A stretch of 63,433 bases of DNA, filler included, from Octopus bimaculoides (Eukaryota): the NCBI RefSeq assembly GCF_001194135.2. It is 4 parts of 4 records of this genome, joined end to end, with 100 filler letters (N's around TTAATTAATTAA, not from the genome) between each part and the next. Parts side by side here need not be neighbours in the genome. Positions count along the whole stretch, not along the records: positions 1 to 27,873 come from NC_069010.1; positions 27,974 to 36,894 come from NC_068981.1; 2 more parts are not named here. One strand, written 5' to 3'. Shown here piece by piece: positions 25,479 through 36,688 of this stretch. Positions within the stretch are counted from its first letter, which is position 1, and every line of letters begins with the position of its first letter. The notes under the pieces are model-generated. The model saw only the letters and a program-made list of their open reading frames with translations. It was not told where the DNA came from and ran no database searches. Made by a program: the position numbers and the translations under genes.

Positions 25479-26769
25479 CTGTGAATATAGGAAAATGAGA
25501 GCCTCACAGTGTTAGCAATAACATAAATAACAAGACTAAATTACAGAAGATCGTTCATAAATAACATCATCATTAGCGACACATTATTAAGAATCTAGTA
25601 ACAGTAATTAAAAAATACACTACTCGCAATATAATTAGCTAAAAGTTATTAACAATATACTTAGCGACACAATGGTCTTTGATCTGGGCACAAGAGCAGC
25701 AGTTTTGTTGGGAGTGGATAAGTCGATACTCTAGCTCCCAATATTTGATTGCTATTTTATTTTATCGTCTCCGAAAAGATCAAAGATGATTGCTGTGGGA
25801 TTTGAACTCAGAATGTAAAGAGTTCGATGAAATAACGCAAAACAGTTTTTTCCGATGCAGTAACGATTTTGCCAGCGCACCGTCAATGTCACAGAAGTGA
25901 TACGTTTAGTAAGAAAGTATTAACTACTAACAAAAGGCATATTATTAACACTAGAGTAAATAATACAGTCCTATCAACACAGAACCACGTTAAGTGTACA
26001 CGTGTCTGTGGAGTGCTCAGCCCCTTGCACGTTAATNNNNNNNNNNNNNNNNNNNNNNNNNNNNNNNNNNNNNNNNNNNNNNNNNNNNNNNNNNNNNNNN
26101 NNNNNNNNNNNNNNNNNNNNNNNNNNNNNNNNNNNNNNNNNNNNNNNNNNNNNNNNNNNNNNNNNNNNNNNNNNNNNNNNNNNNNNNNNNNNNNNNNNNN
26201 NNNNNNNNNNNNNNNNNNNNNNNNNNNNNNNNNNNNNNNNNNNNNNNNNNNNNNNNNNNNNNNNNNNNNNNNNNNNNNNNNNNNNNNNNNNNNNNNNNNN
26301 NNNNNNNNNNNNNNNNNNNNNNNNNNNNNNNNNNNNNNNNNNNNNNNNNNNNNNNNNNNNNNNNNNNNNNNNNNNNNNNNNNNNNNNNNNNNNNNNNNNN
26401 NNNNNNNNNNNNNNNNNNNNNNNNNNNNNNNNNNNNNNNNNNNNNNNNNNNNNNNNNNNNNNNNNNNNNNNNNNNNNNNNNNNNNNNNNNNNNNNNNNNN
26501 NNNNNNNNNNNNNNNNNNNNNNNNNNNNNNNNNNNNNNNNNNNNNNNNNNNNNNNNNNNNNNNNNNNNNNNNNNNNNNNNNNNNNNNNNNNNNNNNNNNN
26601 NNNNNNNNNNNNNNNNNNNNNNNNNNNNNNNNNNNNNNNNNNNNNNNNNNNNNNNNNNNNNNNNNNNNNNNNNNNNNNNNNNNNNNNNNNNNNNNNNNNN
26701 NNNNNNNNNNNNNNNNNNNNNNNNNNNNNNNNNNNNNNNNNNNNNNNNNNNNNNNNNNNNNNNNNNNNT

Positions 26770-27185
26770 GCATTGGTCCAGACGCGTTTTCCACTGCTTG
26801 AAGCAGTCCTAGAACTCTTTTCCCACCTCTTCCACATCTGCAAAACGTTTTGCTTTAAGGGCCTTTTCATTCGGCGAAACAAAAAAAAATTGCAGGGAGC
26901 AAAATCGGGTGAATAGGGAGAGTGGGTAAGCAGAATCATGTTTGGTCAAAATCTGCAGGCGCATTGTCATGATGAAATAACCACGCTCCACTTTGCCATT
27001 GGTCGGGGCGTTTTCGTCTCACCACGTCTCGCAAACGCTTCAGAACTTGTAATCAGTCCCACAAGGAAGAACAAATTCTGTGTGTTTAATTCCTTTCGCA
27101 TCAAGGGAGAAAATCACAATCACTTTGACATTGGATTTCACTTGACACGCTTCTTTTGGGTGGAGTGGGCGCTGGTGATATTGAA
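26770..27185 (-). mobile_element. Mariner transposase fragment
   Basis: PKEACQVKSNVKVIVIFSLDAKGIKHTEFV...HHDNAPA...THSPYSPDFAPCNFFLFRRMKR / KRFADVEEV across frameshifts. Confidence 0.85.
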
Positions 27186-27187
27186 TG

Positions 27188-27233
<46 letters not shown>

Positions 27234-27257
27234 NNNNNNNNNNNNNNNNNNNNNNNN

Positions 27258-27302
<45 letters not shown>

Positions 27303-27532
27303 ACATTATAGTAACTCAGGGCTAACAATATAGCAAATAATACATAACTAAAAATAAACTATCACATTACTCTGAAATAAAACATTAACTTATAAATAAT
27401 GACATTGATAACAATAAAATGGTTTACGAATAAACAAAAACTGTTAAAATATTCACGAAAGACAGTCACTGACCNNNNNNNNNNACGAATAAACAAAAAC
27501 TGTTAAAATATTCACGAAAGACAGTCACTGAC

Positions 27533-27716
27533 CAGGAATTCCTTAATAAAGGGTTCAACCTCCTGTTTTTTCTGAGCAACATATGTCAGTAGGTTTAGCT
27601 TTAACGAAGAACTGGCNNNNNNNNNNTTTTCTGAGCAACATATGTCAGTAGGTTTAGCTTTAACGAAGAACTGGCCATGGGGATGTATATACTTTGGTTT
27701 TCGTTCAATGGTATTT
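27533..27716 (-). CDS. Receptor-type protein tyrosine phosphatase, juxtamembrane/wedge exon (true length about 125 nt; contains an assembly overlap artefact)
   Basis: ctctgcag|AA ATA...TTC CTG|gtcagt, phase 1-0. After collapsing the duplicated flanks of the 10-N gap it reads EIPLNENQSIYIPMASSSLKLNLLTYVAQKKQEVEPFIKEFL, matching the LxxYVxxK...FxxEF pattern that precedes D1, and is in frame with 25478. Confidence 0.75.
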
Positions 27717-27873
27717 CTGCAGAGATAAATGATAATAAATATTAATAAGAAAGAATTGCGCAAATATTCTAATATAAATAGTTATGAAGTAGAAATACGA
27801 ACTCTTGCACACACATACACAAATTTGCGCACACTTAAAATCTCGTATATATATATATATATATATATATATA

Positions 27874-27973
27874 NNNNNNNNNNNNNNNNNNNNNNNNNNN
27901 NNNNNNNNNNNNNNNNNTTAATTAATTAANNNNNNNNNNNNNNNNNNNNNNNNNNNNNNNNNNNNNNNNNNNN
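27874..27973. other. Artificial scaffold-join spacer
   Basis: 44 N + TTAATTAATTAA (27918-27929; stops in all six frames) + 44 N = 100 bp. Confidence 0.93.
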
Positions 27974-28011
<38 letters not shown>

Positions 28012-28074
28012 TAAACAATATATGTATATGTATGTATGTATGTATGTATATATGTATGTATATATGTATGTATG

Positions 28075-28670
28075 AAAACGCAAATAGTAAGCGGAGTTCC
28101 ACAGGGCACTGTCTTGGGACCACTGCTTTTTATAGTGGCCCTCTCAGATATGCACTCAAGTGCCCGGATAGCCACCCTTGCAAGCTACGCAGACGATACG
28201 AAAGTCTCGCAGAAAATACAGAACCCCAGAGATGTTGCACATCTGCAGCAGGCATTGGACTCAATTTACAGATGGGCTGAGGATAATAGTATGCAGTTTA
28301 ATGCTGAAAAATTCCAAGCCCTGCGCTACCAGTGTCCAAAACTGAATATGAAACTTACAGCGTACACTGGTCCACAGGGAATTTCAATCCCAGAGCCTAA
28401 ATCAGTGAGGGACCTGGGTACCGACATGAGTGATGATACCTCTTTCCAAGTGCACATTACCAGGATAGCGACAAAGTGCAGACGACTGCCTGGATGTATC
28501 CTGAGAACATTCAGAGCAAGAGATAAGGAAACCATGATGGTCCTCTGGAGGACATTCATCCTCAGCCGCCTGGATTACTGCTCCAAGCTATGGTCACTCA
28601 ACAGTGTGAAATTAACAGCGGACCTTGAAGCAATCCAGAGAAGATTCACAAAGAAGATCGTCTCTTTGCA
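28075..28670 (+). mobile_element. CR1/L2-type non-LTR retrotransposon RT fragment
   Basis: Open frame SGVPQGTVLGPLLFIVALSD...YADDTKV...LQQALDSIYRWAEDNSMQFNAEKFQ...SRLDYCSKLWS...LEAIQRRFTK, flanked by microsatellites. Confidence 0.92.
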
Positions 28671-29088
28671 ACTGCAAATACTTTACATATACCACGTCCT
28701 CGCGTTGTTGATTTTTGTGTTTGTTCTTCGCTTTTTTTTATTTACTCATTCTCTCTCTCTCTTTCTGCATCTATATATATATATATATATATATATGCTA
28801 TAAATTATTTACTATAAATTATTTACTATCTATTTGCACACATACATNNNNNNNNNNNNNNNNNNNNNNNNNNNNNNNNNNNNNNNNNNNNNNNNNNNNN
28901 NNNNNNNNNNNNNNNNNNNNNNNNNNNNNNNNNNNNNNNNNNNNNNNNNNNNNNNNNNNNNNNNNNNNNNNNNNNNNNNNNNNNNNNNNNNAACATCTGT
29001 CGGTCAATTGACTTGTGTCCACATATTTATGCGTTATATCTGAATTATTACACACTCGTATATGTGTGTATGTATGTATGTATGTATG

Positions 29089-29122
<34 letters not shown>

Positions 29123-29229
29123 TTGTGTGTGTATCTATGTATTATCTTGTGTATGTATGTGTGTGTGTTTTATGTATGGTTGTAGATAAAGTACATAAAA
29201 CATTACCCGAAAAAAGCACTTAATAAATA

Positions 29230-29500
29230 TTGGGCTGCAACAAAAGTTCGTACCGTTTTTTTTTTTTTTATGTAAAATTCAAAAGCAATCTTTAGATATT
29301 TGCACATAACTTTATTCAGCCGTATATGTTTCATTTTGTTCTATTACCTTTCACCATTTTTGAAATAACTTCATCCTCCCAGAACTTGGCTTCTTTCTGG
29401 GTCATGAACTGGTCTAAGAGGATTTTACAGTTTTCCAAAGAATTGAAACTTTTCCCATTAAGAGAATTTTGTAAGGATCTACATAAATGTAAGATCCAAA
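29230..29500 (-). mobile_element. Mariner 3' end (transposase C-terminus and TIR)
   Basis: HLCRSLQNSLNGKSFNSLENCKILLDQFMTQKEAKFWED...VIEQNETY, then TIR TA|TTGGGCTGCAACAAAAGTTCGTACCG at 29230. Confidence 0.8.
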
Positions 29501-29977
29501 GTGTAAGTCCGAAAGATGTAGAGAGACAGCTTAAATACGTCCATGCTCAATCGCTGGCCAACGAGAAAGAGAATGAATTGAGCGGGAACGCTTGCTTGTT
29601 TAATTCCGCGCATGCGTGAGACTACGCATGCGCACGGCGTTACTACACACTCAACAGACTAGACTGTTAGAAAAGAAAAACTCCTAACATCGGGCTACAA
29701 CAAGTAACCTCAGATGCCAAGAACCCTCCTATCGGGCTACAACAAGTAACTTTAGGTGCCAAGAACCCTACTAAGTATCCTAGCTGTCCCTAATAACACT
29801 ATTTTCTGGAGCTGTACTAAACTAGGTTTTGTAGTAACGCCGTGCGCATGCGTAGTCTCACGCATGCGTAGAATTAAACAAGCAAGCGTTCCCGCTCAAT
29901 TCATTCTCTTTCTCGTTGGCCAGCGATTGAGCATGGACGTATTTAAGCTGTCTCTCTACATCTTTCGGACTTACACT
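29500..29977. repeat. 148-bp near-perfect inverted repeat (arms 29500-29647 and 29830-29977); spacer holds a 45/42-bp tandem duplication (29681-29767)
   Basis: Direct comparison of the arms shows only about 2 mismatches. Confidence 0.92.
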
Positions 29978-30605
29978 CGACAGCTCGCTCACAACTACAG
30001 AACAACGTCCCAACAACTATGCTCATACACACAGAAGCTGTAACAACAAGAACTAAAGATGTATATATTTACCACCTAAATAAAGTGTTGTTTAAGTTGA
30101 TAGTCTGGAGTTCAGCGTTCCGTTATATTCTTTAATTACATAGTAGGAAAGTCAGGTATACATCTAAAGATGTATAACCCACTTTCTACTAAAGTTTTAT
30201 ACCTATTTCTTCTGTCCGTCTGTTCAGATCTTTAGGGATCGTTCCCAATGCATCTATAACTACTAGAATACACTTTACCTGCACTTTCCAAAGTCTCTGT
30301 AATTCAATAGTGAGGTTCTCATACTTTGCTATTTTTTCTATACTTCTCATATCAATATCAATATCAGGCACTTTCTATTTTCAGGCCTTCTAACTTCTGT
30401 TACTCTGTCAGTCTGAATGTGGAAGTCCCACAACATCTTATATTTCTTACCTTCTAGTACTTTGCTAGATTCACGTTCATACCATTTATCTGTATGTTCA
30501 AATCTTAGCTTTCTACATAACTCCCAGTGAATTAATCTCCTTAGATTATCATGTCTTTTCTTGTATTCTTTCTGCGCCAGTATGTTACATTCGCTTACTA
30601 TATGA
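29680..30605 (-). mobile_element. R4/Dong-type (RLE) non-LTR retrotransposon 3' region, split by an insertion at 29831-30193
   Basis: HIVSECNILAQKEYKKRHDN...MLWDFHIQTDRV...RRP / EKIAKYENLTIELQRLWKVQVKCILVVIDALGTIP...EEIGIK, resuming at 29830 as KPSLVQLQKIVLLGTARILSRVLGT*. Confidence 0.85.
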
Positions 30606-31480
30606 GTTGCTGTAGGCTTGTGGGATGGTACCGAGTCTTGTTGAAACACATAAGGTCTTCCGTTGCGTATATTACCGATCCATGGCTTAACCATTGTGTT
30701 CAGAACATCTATGTAGGCAGCAGAGTTTACTCGAAGACCGTGTGGAAAGAAGTGAGGAGGCATCACATGTCCTTCATTGCTGACAACCCCTCCCACCCCC
30801 GAACCATGACAGTTGCAGGAAATTTTGTACGCATTACTCTTGGAACTTCCGAAGAGTCTGTACATAGCCATCTGCCATTTCTTCTGTTTACTTTCTGATC
30901 TTAATCAAAGTCTGAGAAGAACTAAACGACACCTTTCTCTGTTGGGTTTTTAAGTTTGTTCAGGAATCTTCTAGATTTGATTAAGTGATTTTCCTTCACT
31001 GTTTCTGACATGAAATGACATTTTCTCATCGCATAAGATGTCTATCTGATGTCTTTGTGGACAACATTTCGGATTGTTCCTTCTGACACATGGTTTCTTT
31101 TGGAATCAACCCCATGGATACTTTGGGATTGCCATCAATGGTCTCCTTTATTTGTTGAATAAATTCTGGTGTTCTAATAGTATCAATGCGCCTACAATGT
31201 TTCTGACGTTTTGATACTGGCGATACATTACTGTCTTTAGCCACCAACTCCTTGCAAATTTTGTAGACGAAGGATCTTAGCGACTTTTAAAAATCGTGCT
31301 ATTTCTAAATTCTAAATTGCTATGTTCAGCCTTTATAGCCACAATGACTGCGTGCCTCTTCATTTATTGTGTAATCATAGGATCTGCCATTGATAATTCT
31401 GAAATATAGAAAATATTAAGTTGATAAATATACTGCTATAATAAAATTAACATATGTCCTCAAAAACCTTATGCACCCTG
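30606..31480 (-). mobile_element. maT (DD37D-type) Tc1/mariner transposon, decayed and 3'-truncated
   Basis: TIR TA|CAGGGTG at 31480; N-terminal RHAVIVAIKAEHSNLE...VSKRQKHCRRIDTIRTPEFIQQ; catalytic VVSNEGHVMPPHFFPHGLRVNSAAYIDVLNTMVKPWI...YVFQQDSVPSHK. Confidence 0.85.
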
Positions 31481-31520
31481 TATACACATACACACACACA
31501 CATATATATATACACACACA

Positions 31521-31583
<63 letters not shown>

Positions 31584-31700
31584 GTATACATATATGTATA
31601 TATATACACACACACACATATATATACACACGCACGTATGTATACAGACACACATATATATGTATATATATACACACACACATACATGCATACATATGGT
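31475..31700. repeat. Compound (TA)n/(CA)n microsatellite; similar tracts at about 950-1600, 10692-10800, 19370-19435, 20148-20310, 27189-27301, 28000-28075, 36300-36690, 37995-38125
   Basis: Directly visible dinucleotide and tetranucleotide runs. Confidence 0.95.
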
Positions 31701-32701
31701 GGGTTTCTTTCAGTTTCAGTCAACCAAATTTACTCACAGGGCTTTGGTCGGCCCTGGGGTATAGTAGAAGATACCCAAAATTCCTATCCATGCCCGTACC
31801 TGCATGTGTGTATATTTGTGTATATACACACACAATACACACACACACACACGTTATATTTTGTTTTGTGTCAATAGATTGAGGTCGGTGTATTCGACTT
31901 ACTTCATCCCCTAAACTTGCTGGCCTTGGGCCAAAATTTGAAGCCGATATTTATACAATGCAGTATTATAAATCCCTTTCAACCGATTTTATCAATCAGT
32001 TCTGTATACGTGTGTTTAAAAGAAAAAGAAAAAACCCACCAGTTTTGACACCCATGAGAAAGGTTGGTAAGAAAAGCGTGGCATCGGCTCTTTACCAGTA
32101 GCGGTCAGAAGGAGTTACATCTGGTTTTTGATTGTCATAAAAAAAATGGAAAAAAGAAAGACCGTGAGAAAAACCCCAAGAGAAAACTTTTCTTCGTTAT
32201 TATTATGCCCTTTGGTTAGGGGTCAGGCAATGCCATAATGGCGTATGAAGTAAACGCTTGTAGAGCGGGATTGGGGCCTGGCCGAGCGGGACGGTGTTGA
32301 TGTGTGTGGTAGTGGGGTGGATGGGAGAAGGTCAAGAATTTGTTTTCCCAAGCTCTTGTGTACGAAAGTGATTTGTAAATCTACTGATATGGATCTATAA
32401 TACAGCATTATACATACATACATACATACATACATGAGAGAGAGTGCAGCAAGAAAAATCTTTTTCGGATTTATGATTTACTGACAATGTAAGCACACAC
32501 ACACGCCCACATACATGTGTGTATATACACATACATGCACATATGTGTGTGTGTGTATATGTATGTATGTGTACACACACACCCACACATATATATATAT
32601 GCACAAACACACACACACATACACTTTCGTACGTTGGTTTATGTAGGAAGAATGAGGTAAGAGTGTCTATTGAGCACCCCTATTTTTTTCGAGTATATAT
32701 T

Positions 32702-32736
<35 letters not shown>

Positions 32737-32750
32737 CTGAAATTGAGAGC

Positions 32751-32829
32751 TTGTCTTGCAACTCGAATCTCACGCCACTGCATTTCCGTCAGATGATCTC
32801 AGTGGTGTGAAACTCAAGTCCTCAGACAA
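32751..32829 (-). ncRNA. Candidate pre-miRNA-like hairpin (unverified)
   Basis: Folded by eye on the - strand: 21-position upper stem (4 G-U, 1 mismatch), 3x3 internal loop, 6-bp basal stem and 19-nt loop. Confidence 0.3.
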
Positions 32830-35164
32830 ATCCTGTTTCAGTTCCAATATTAAAAAAAGTGTATGTGTGTACGTACGTATGTACATTCTAAAATATCAAT
32901 ATAAAATCCAATTTTACTGTTGTTTATTTGCCAGGCAGCCTTTAAATACCATACATAAATTATCATTGACATTTTAGCCGTTATCAACCATTTTTTTTTT
33001 ATTATCAGGAATATTGTATATAAAAAGAGTTTTTGTAGACTGTGTTTTCTCTTTTAAGATGGTTGGGAAATTTCGCTTCCAATTCTACAGGCCGATTGAT
33101 TAAGTAAAAGCCTCTTCGTCAGCTAACCCATCTGTAGCTTCTTTCAAGATTTTATTTAATTATCTCTGTTGAAATAGCCTGCATTAAATTTTTCCTCATT
33201 TGAACATGTAACCTTGAACTAAAGATAAAATTATATATTTTAGTGCTAATGATGTTGTATTACATAATGAATATTTTGTTTTTCTTGATTCGTTTTTCAA
33301 TTAGAATTTTTTATATTGTAACAAATGTTTTGTTCTTGCGAGTTCAAAGAAACATTAAGACACAGCGATACACATACGCACGCACACACAGTCACGTTTT
33401 AGTATTTGGGCCCTCGGTGGCTAATAAAGAAATGAGTATTTGTATGAAGTATCAGAATCAAAGTGTTTGCCTCATTATAAAATTGTATGTAATCTGTGTG
33501 TGCTTGTGTCTGTGCATATGCATGTATGCATAAGTATGTATGTATGAATCTTTTAGGCAGAGAGAGAAGGCGTAAGAGACGAAGAGAAAGAAGAACGGAA
33601 GAATGGTTGTGAGCATTTTATATTGTTTTAGTTATGAAATGTTCCACCACTACCCTACTTGGTAAATATTAATATGATGTTAATATAGTATGAAGAAGAT
33701 ATTTATTTGAAAGTAAATTCGCTTTGAATGCTAAATGAATTAATTTTTTTTTAAACCAAATTTGTTGTTACCATTTACATATTTTTACAATTTTCTGTTT
33801 GAAAGCCAACATATAATTTCAAAACAGTACAAGAAATGACAGATTGCATATTAAAATATCTTACACTTATTTAGTTTTACGCCTCGATATTTTGAATTCA
33901 TATCTTCACAAAATTGACCTGGACTTTCAGTCAATGGAATGTACTGGAGTCGATTCAACTGACTTTATTCATCCCTTGATACCTAAAATAATAATAACGC
34001 TCTAATTGTACATAGTGCTCAGGTGCATTACAACTCATCAGAAAAGGTAGCCAAAAGTGCATGTACGGTTCATAGAATAACATATTTAATGCAGTATGTT
34101 TGCTAGAAATATTTTTGTACTGCAATAAAAGAAACAGTAACTAATTTTAATTTTTTTGTTGAATAAATGTAGCTATGCAGGACACATTTTGATTTCATCA
34201 GCAAAGCACAAACTTCAACTTATTTGCTGAAGCAGTGATGGAGAAAAATCACTAAATGTGCAAGTTTGTACACTTTTTGATGTAGAAAATAACATTTTGA
34301 GAATCAATGACTCAGAAAAACCATACATGTTAAAAACAATAGTTATGACAGTATTGATATATTTAATGTAAGAAACAAATAGTGTGAGGAAAACAAAAAA
34401 AAAGTGGGGGAAGACTAGTAAAATTGATAATGAGGTCATAATAAGAACAAAACATGTTCAGAATTATCTCCCATATTTGTGTGAGTAATGAAATAATTTT
34501 TGCCATGGAATACTATTCTTTTTTGTCCTTGTTGCTTAATTATTTTCAGTTGGGTTTAATGCTCGTTGCATACATTAGAGCTTAACTATTACCTTACATA
34601 TTTTAGCATAGGTCAACTTGTTTAATAAAATTGATGAAAGTGTATTTTCAGCATAAATTACAAATATTGATTTCTAACTTTATGCATCTTTCAATGTAAG
34701 AAACAATCTTTGTTACATATTTCTTTCATATAGAGAGGAACAAATGAAAATATGATGAAAGTTAAACATTAAGGAAGTTCCACATTTCATGTCACTTTTC
34801 TGAAACTTTGTATGAGACTAAATGATCTTTTGAGCCACTTATCTCAACAGAATTACATGACTTTTAAATCCCTTATCAGCTGGTGTGCTTGTAGTGCCTA
34901 GGTGGTTACTTTATTATTGGAATGTTCCATTATTATTTATGTATTTTAATGTGTCACTAATGCCATTAGTCTTTCTATCAGCACAGTATTTTAGACTAAA
35001 TCTATTTCATCCTTTTCTGTTTTAGCATATTGGTTTGGTTTATAAACATATTTACTTAATATGATAATGTTAATATTTAACCAATGATTAAAAAAAAAAA
35101 AAAGAATTAACACAAAAGCAGCCATTGGTTGTTTGAGACTTTTATTTATTTATTTATTTAATTG

Positions 35165-35256
<92 letters not shown>
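35165..35256. repeat. (CAT)n trinucleotide run of about 30 units (tail of an RTE-family copy)
   Basis: Directly visible; abuts the family B sequence. Confidence 0.95.
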
Positions 35257-35969
35257 ACGTTTTAACATCCATTTTCCCATCCTAGCATGGTGTTTTTTGA
35301 AGCCAATTTTCTATGGCCAGACATGTTTTCCCAGAATACTGAAGATGAATGACACTTCTTGTATGATAGTGAAATGCAATGTCAAAGCATGAAGACACAA
35401 ACTTACACTCACTCATACATATATATATATACATGCATACATGTGTGTGTGTGTGCAACAGACTTCCCTACAGTTTCCATCTACCAAATCCACTCACAAG
35501 GCATTGATGGACCAAGGGTTATAGCAGAAGACATTTGCCCCAGGTGCCATGTGATTGGGAAGCAAGCTTCTTAACCACACAATCATACCTGCATTACTGT
35601 ATAGTACTCATCAAAATAAGGATGGGATTTGTTTCTGTCTCGTTTCAGCAATTCTTAACCTTTCTGCTCGAAGCTTTGCTCCATTTTCTTATGTTTCATT
35701 TTCTCTTCTTTCAATTACTCTTATTCCTTGAGCTCTGCATTCATTTCTACCTTGAGTTCTGCATTCATTTCTACTTGTATTTTTTATTTTATTTTACAGC
35801 ACATCTTTCCAATTTATGTCACGCGTTGGTTTCTTCTTCACCTTCTTCACCTGCAATTGCCAATAGTTTATTTAAAAAAGCAAGTTTTTCTTTTATTCAC
35901 CCTTATGCTCTCATTTTCTTACTTTCCAGTTAGCATAAGTTCCCTCCATTTTTATCATCATCATTCATT

Positions 35970-36165
35970 TATCATCGTTTAACGTCCACTTTCCATGCTA
36001 GCATGGGTTGGACGATTTGACTGAGGAATGGTGAAACCGGATGGCAACACCAGGCTCCAATCTGATTTGGCAGAGTTTCTACAGCTGGATGCCCTTCCTA
36101 ACGCCAACCACTCAGAGAGTGTAGTAGGTGCTTTTACGTGTCACCTGCACGAAGGCCAGTCAAGT
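35970..36165 (-). mobile_element. RTE 3'-tail repeat copy (family B); other copies at about 35165-35370(-), 43515-43667(+), 43685-43980(-), 46290-46480(-), 52102-52293(+)
   Basis: Shared core and (GAT/CAT)n tail; 35975-36160 and 52102-52270 are nearly identical as reverse complements. Confidence 0.8.
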
Positions 36166-36415
36166 CTGGCTTACAGTTTCTCCTCTCTATCCTGTTAAAC
36201 CTGCTCCCTCTACAAGTCTCTGAACCTAAACCACCAACTATTCATTGGTCATATACTTCCTGTATTGAGGACATCTAGTATATTTCACTCCTCTCCAAAG
36301 TCATGTGTGTATATGTGTGTGTGCATGCATGTATGTACTATTAAATGCATGTTTGCATATGTGTGCGTGTGTGCATATATACATGTGTGTGTATATATGC
36401 ATATATATATATATA

Positions 36416-36448
<33 letters not shown>

Positions 36449-36688
36449 CTCGAAAGAGAGATATATATATAGAGAGAGATGTTTGTATGTATGTGCATGT
36501 TTCTGAGTATGTATGTATATGTGTGGATGGATGGATGGATAAAGAGATAGATAAACAGGCAGGCAGACAGACAGACAGACAGACAGACAGATACATACAT
36601 ACATTCATACATACATACATACATACATGTTATATGTGTTTGTGTTTGTATGTATCTCTGCTGTATATCTGTATACATTTATATATAA

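Noticed and set aside
29681-29767. Short direct repeats as a CRISPR-like array
   Set aside because: Only two adjacent units with no spacers; this is a duplicated retroelement 3' end in a eukaryotic genome.
35535-35933. Hydrophobic 132-aa + strand ORF suggesting a membrane protein
   Set aside because: It is the T-rich antisense of a purine-rich decayed segment and begins inside a SINE.
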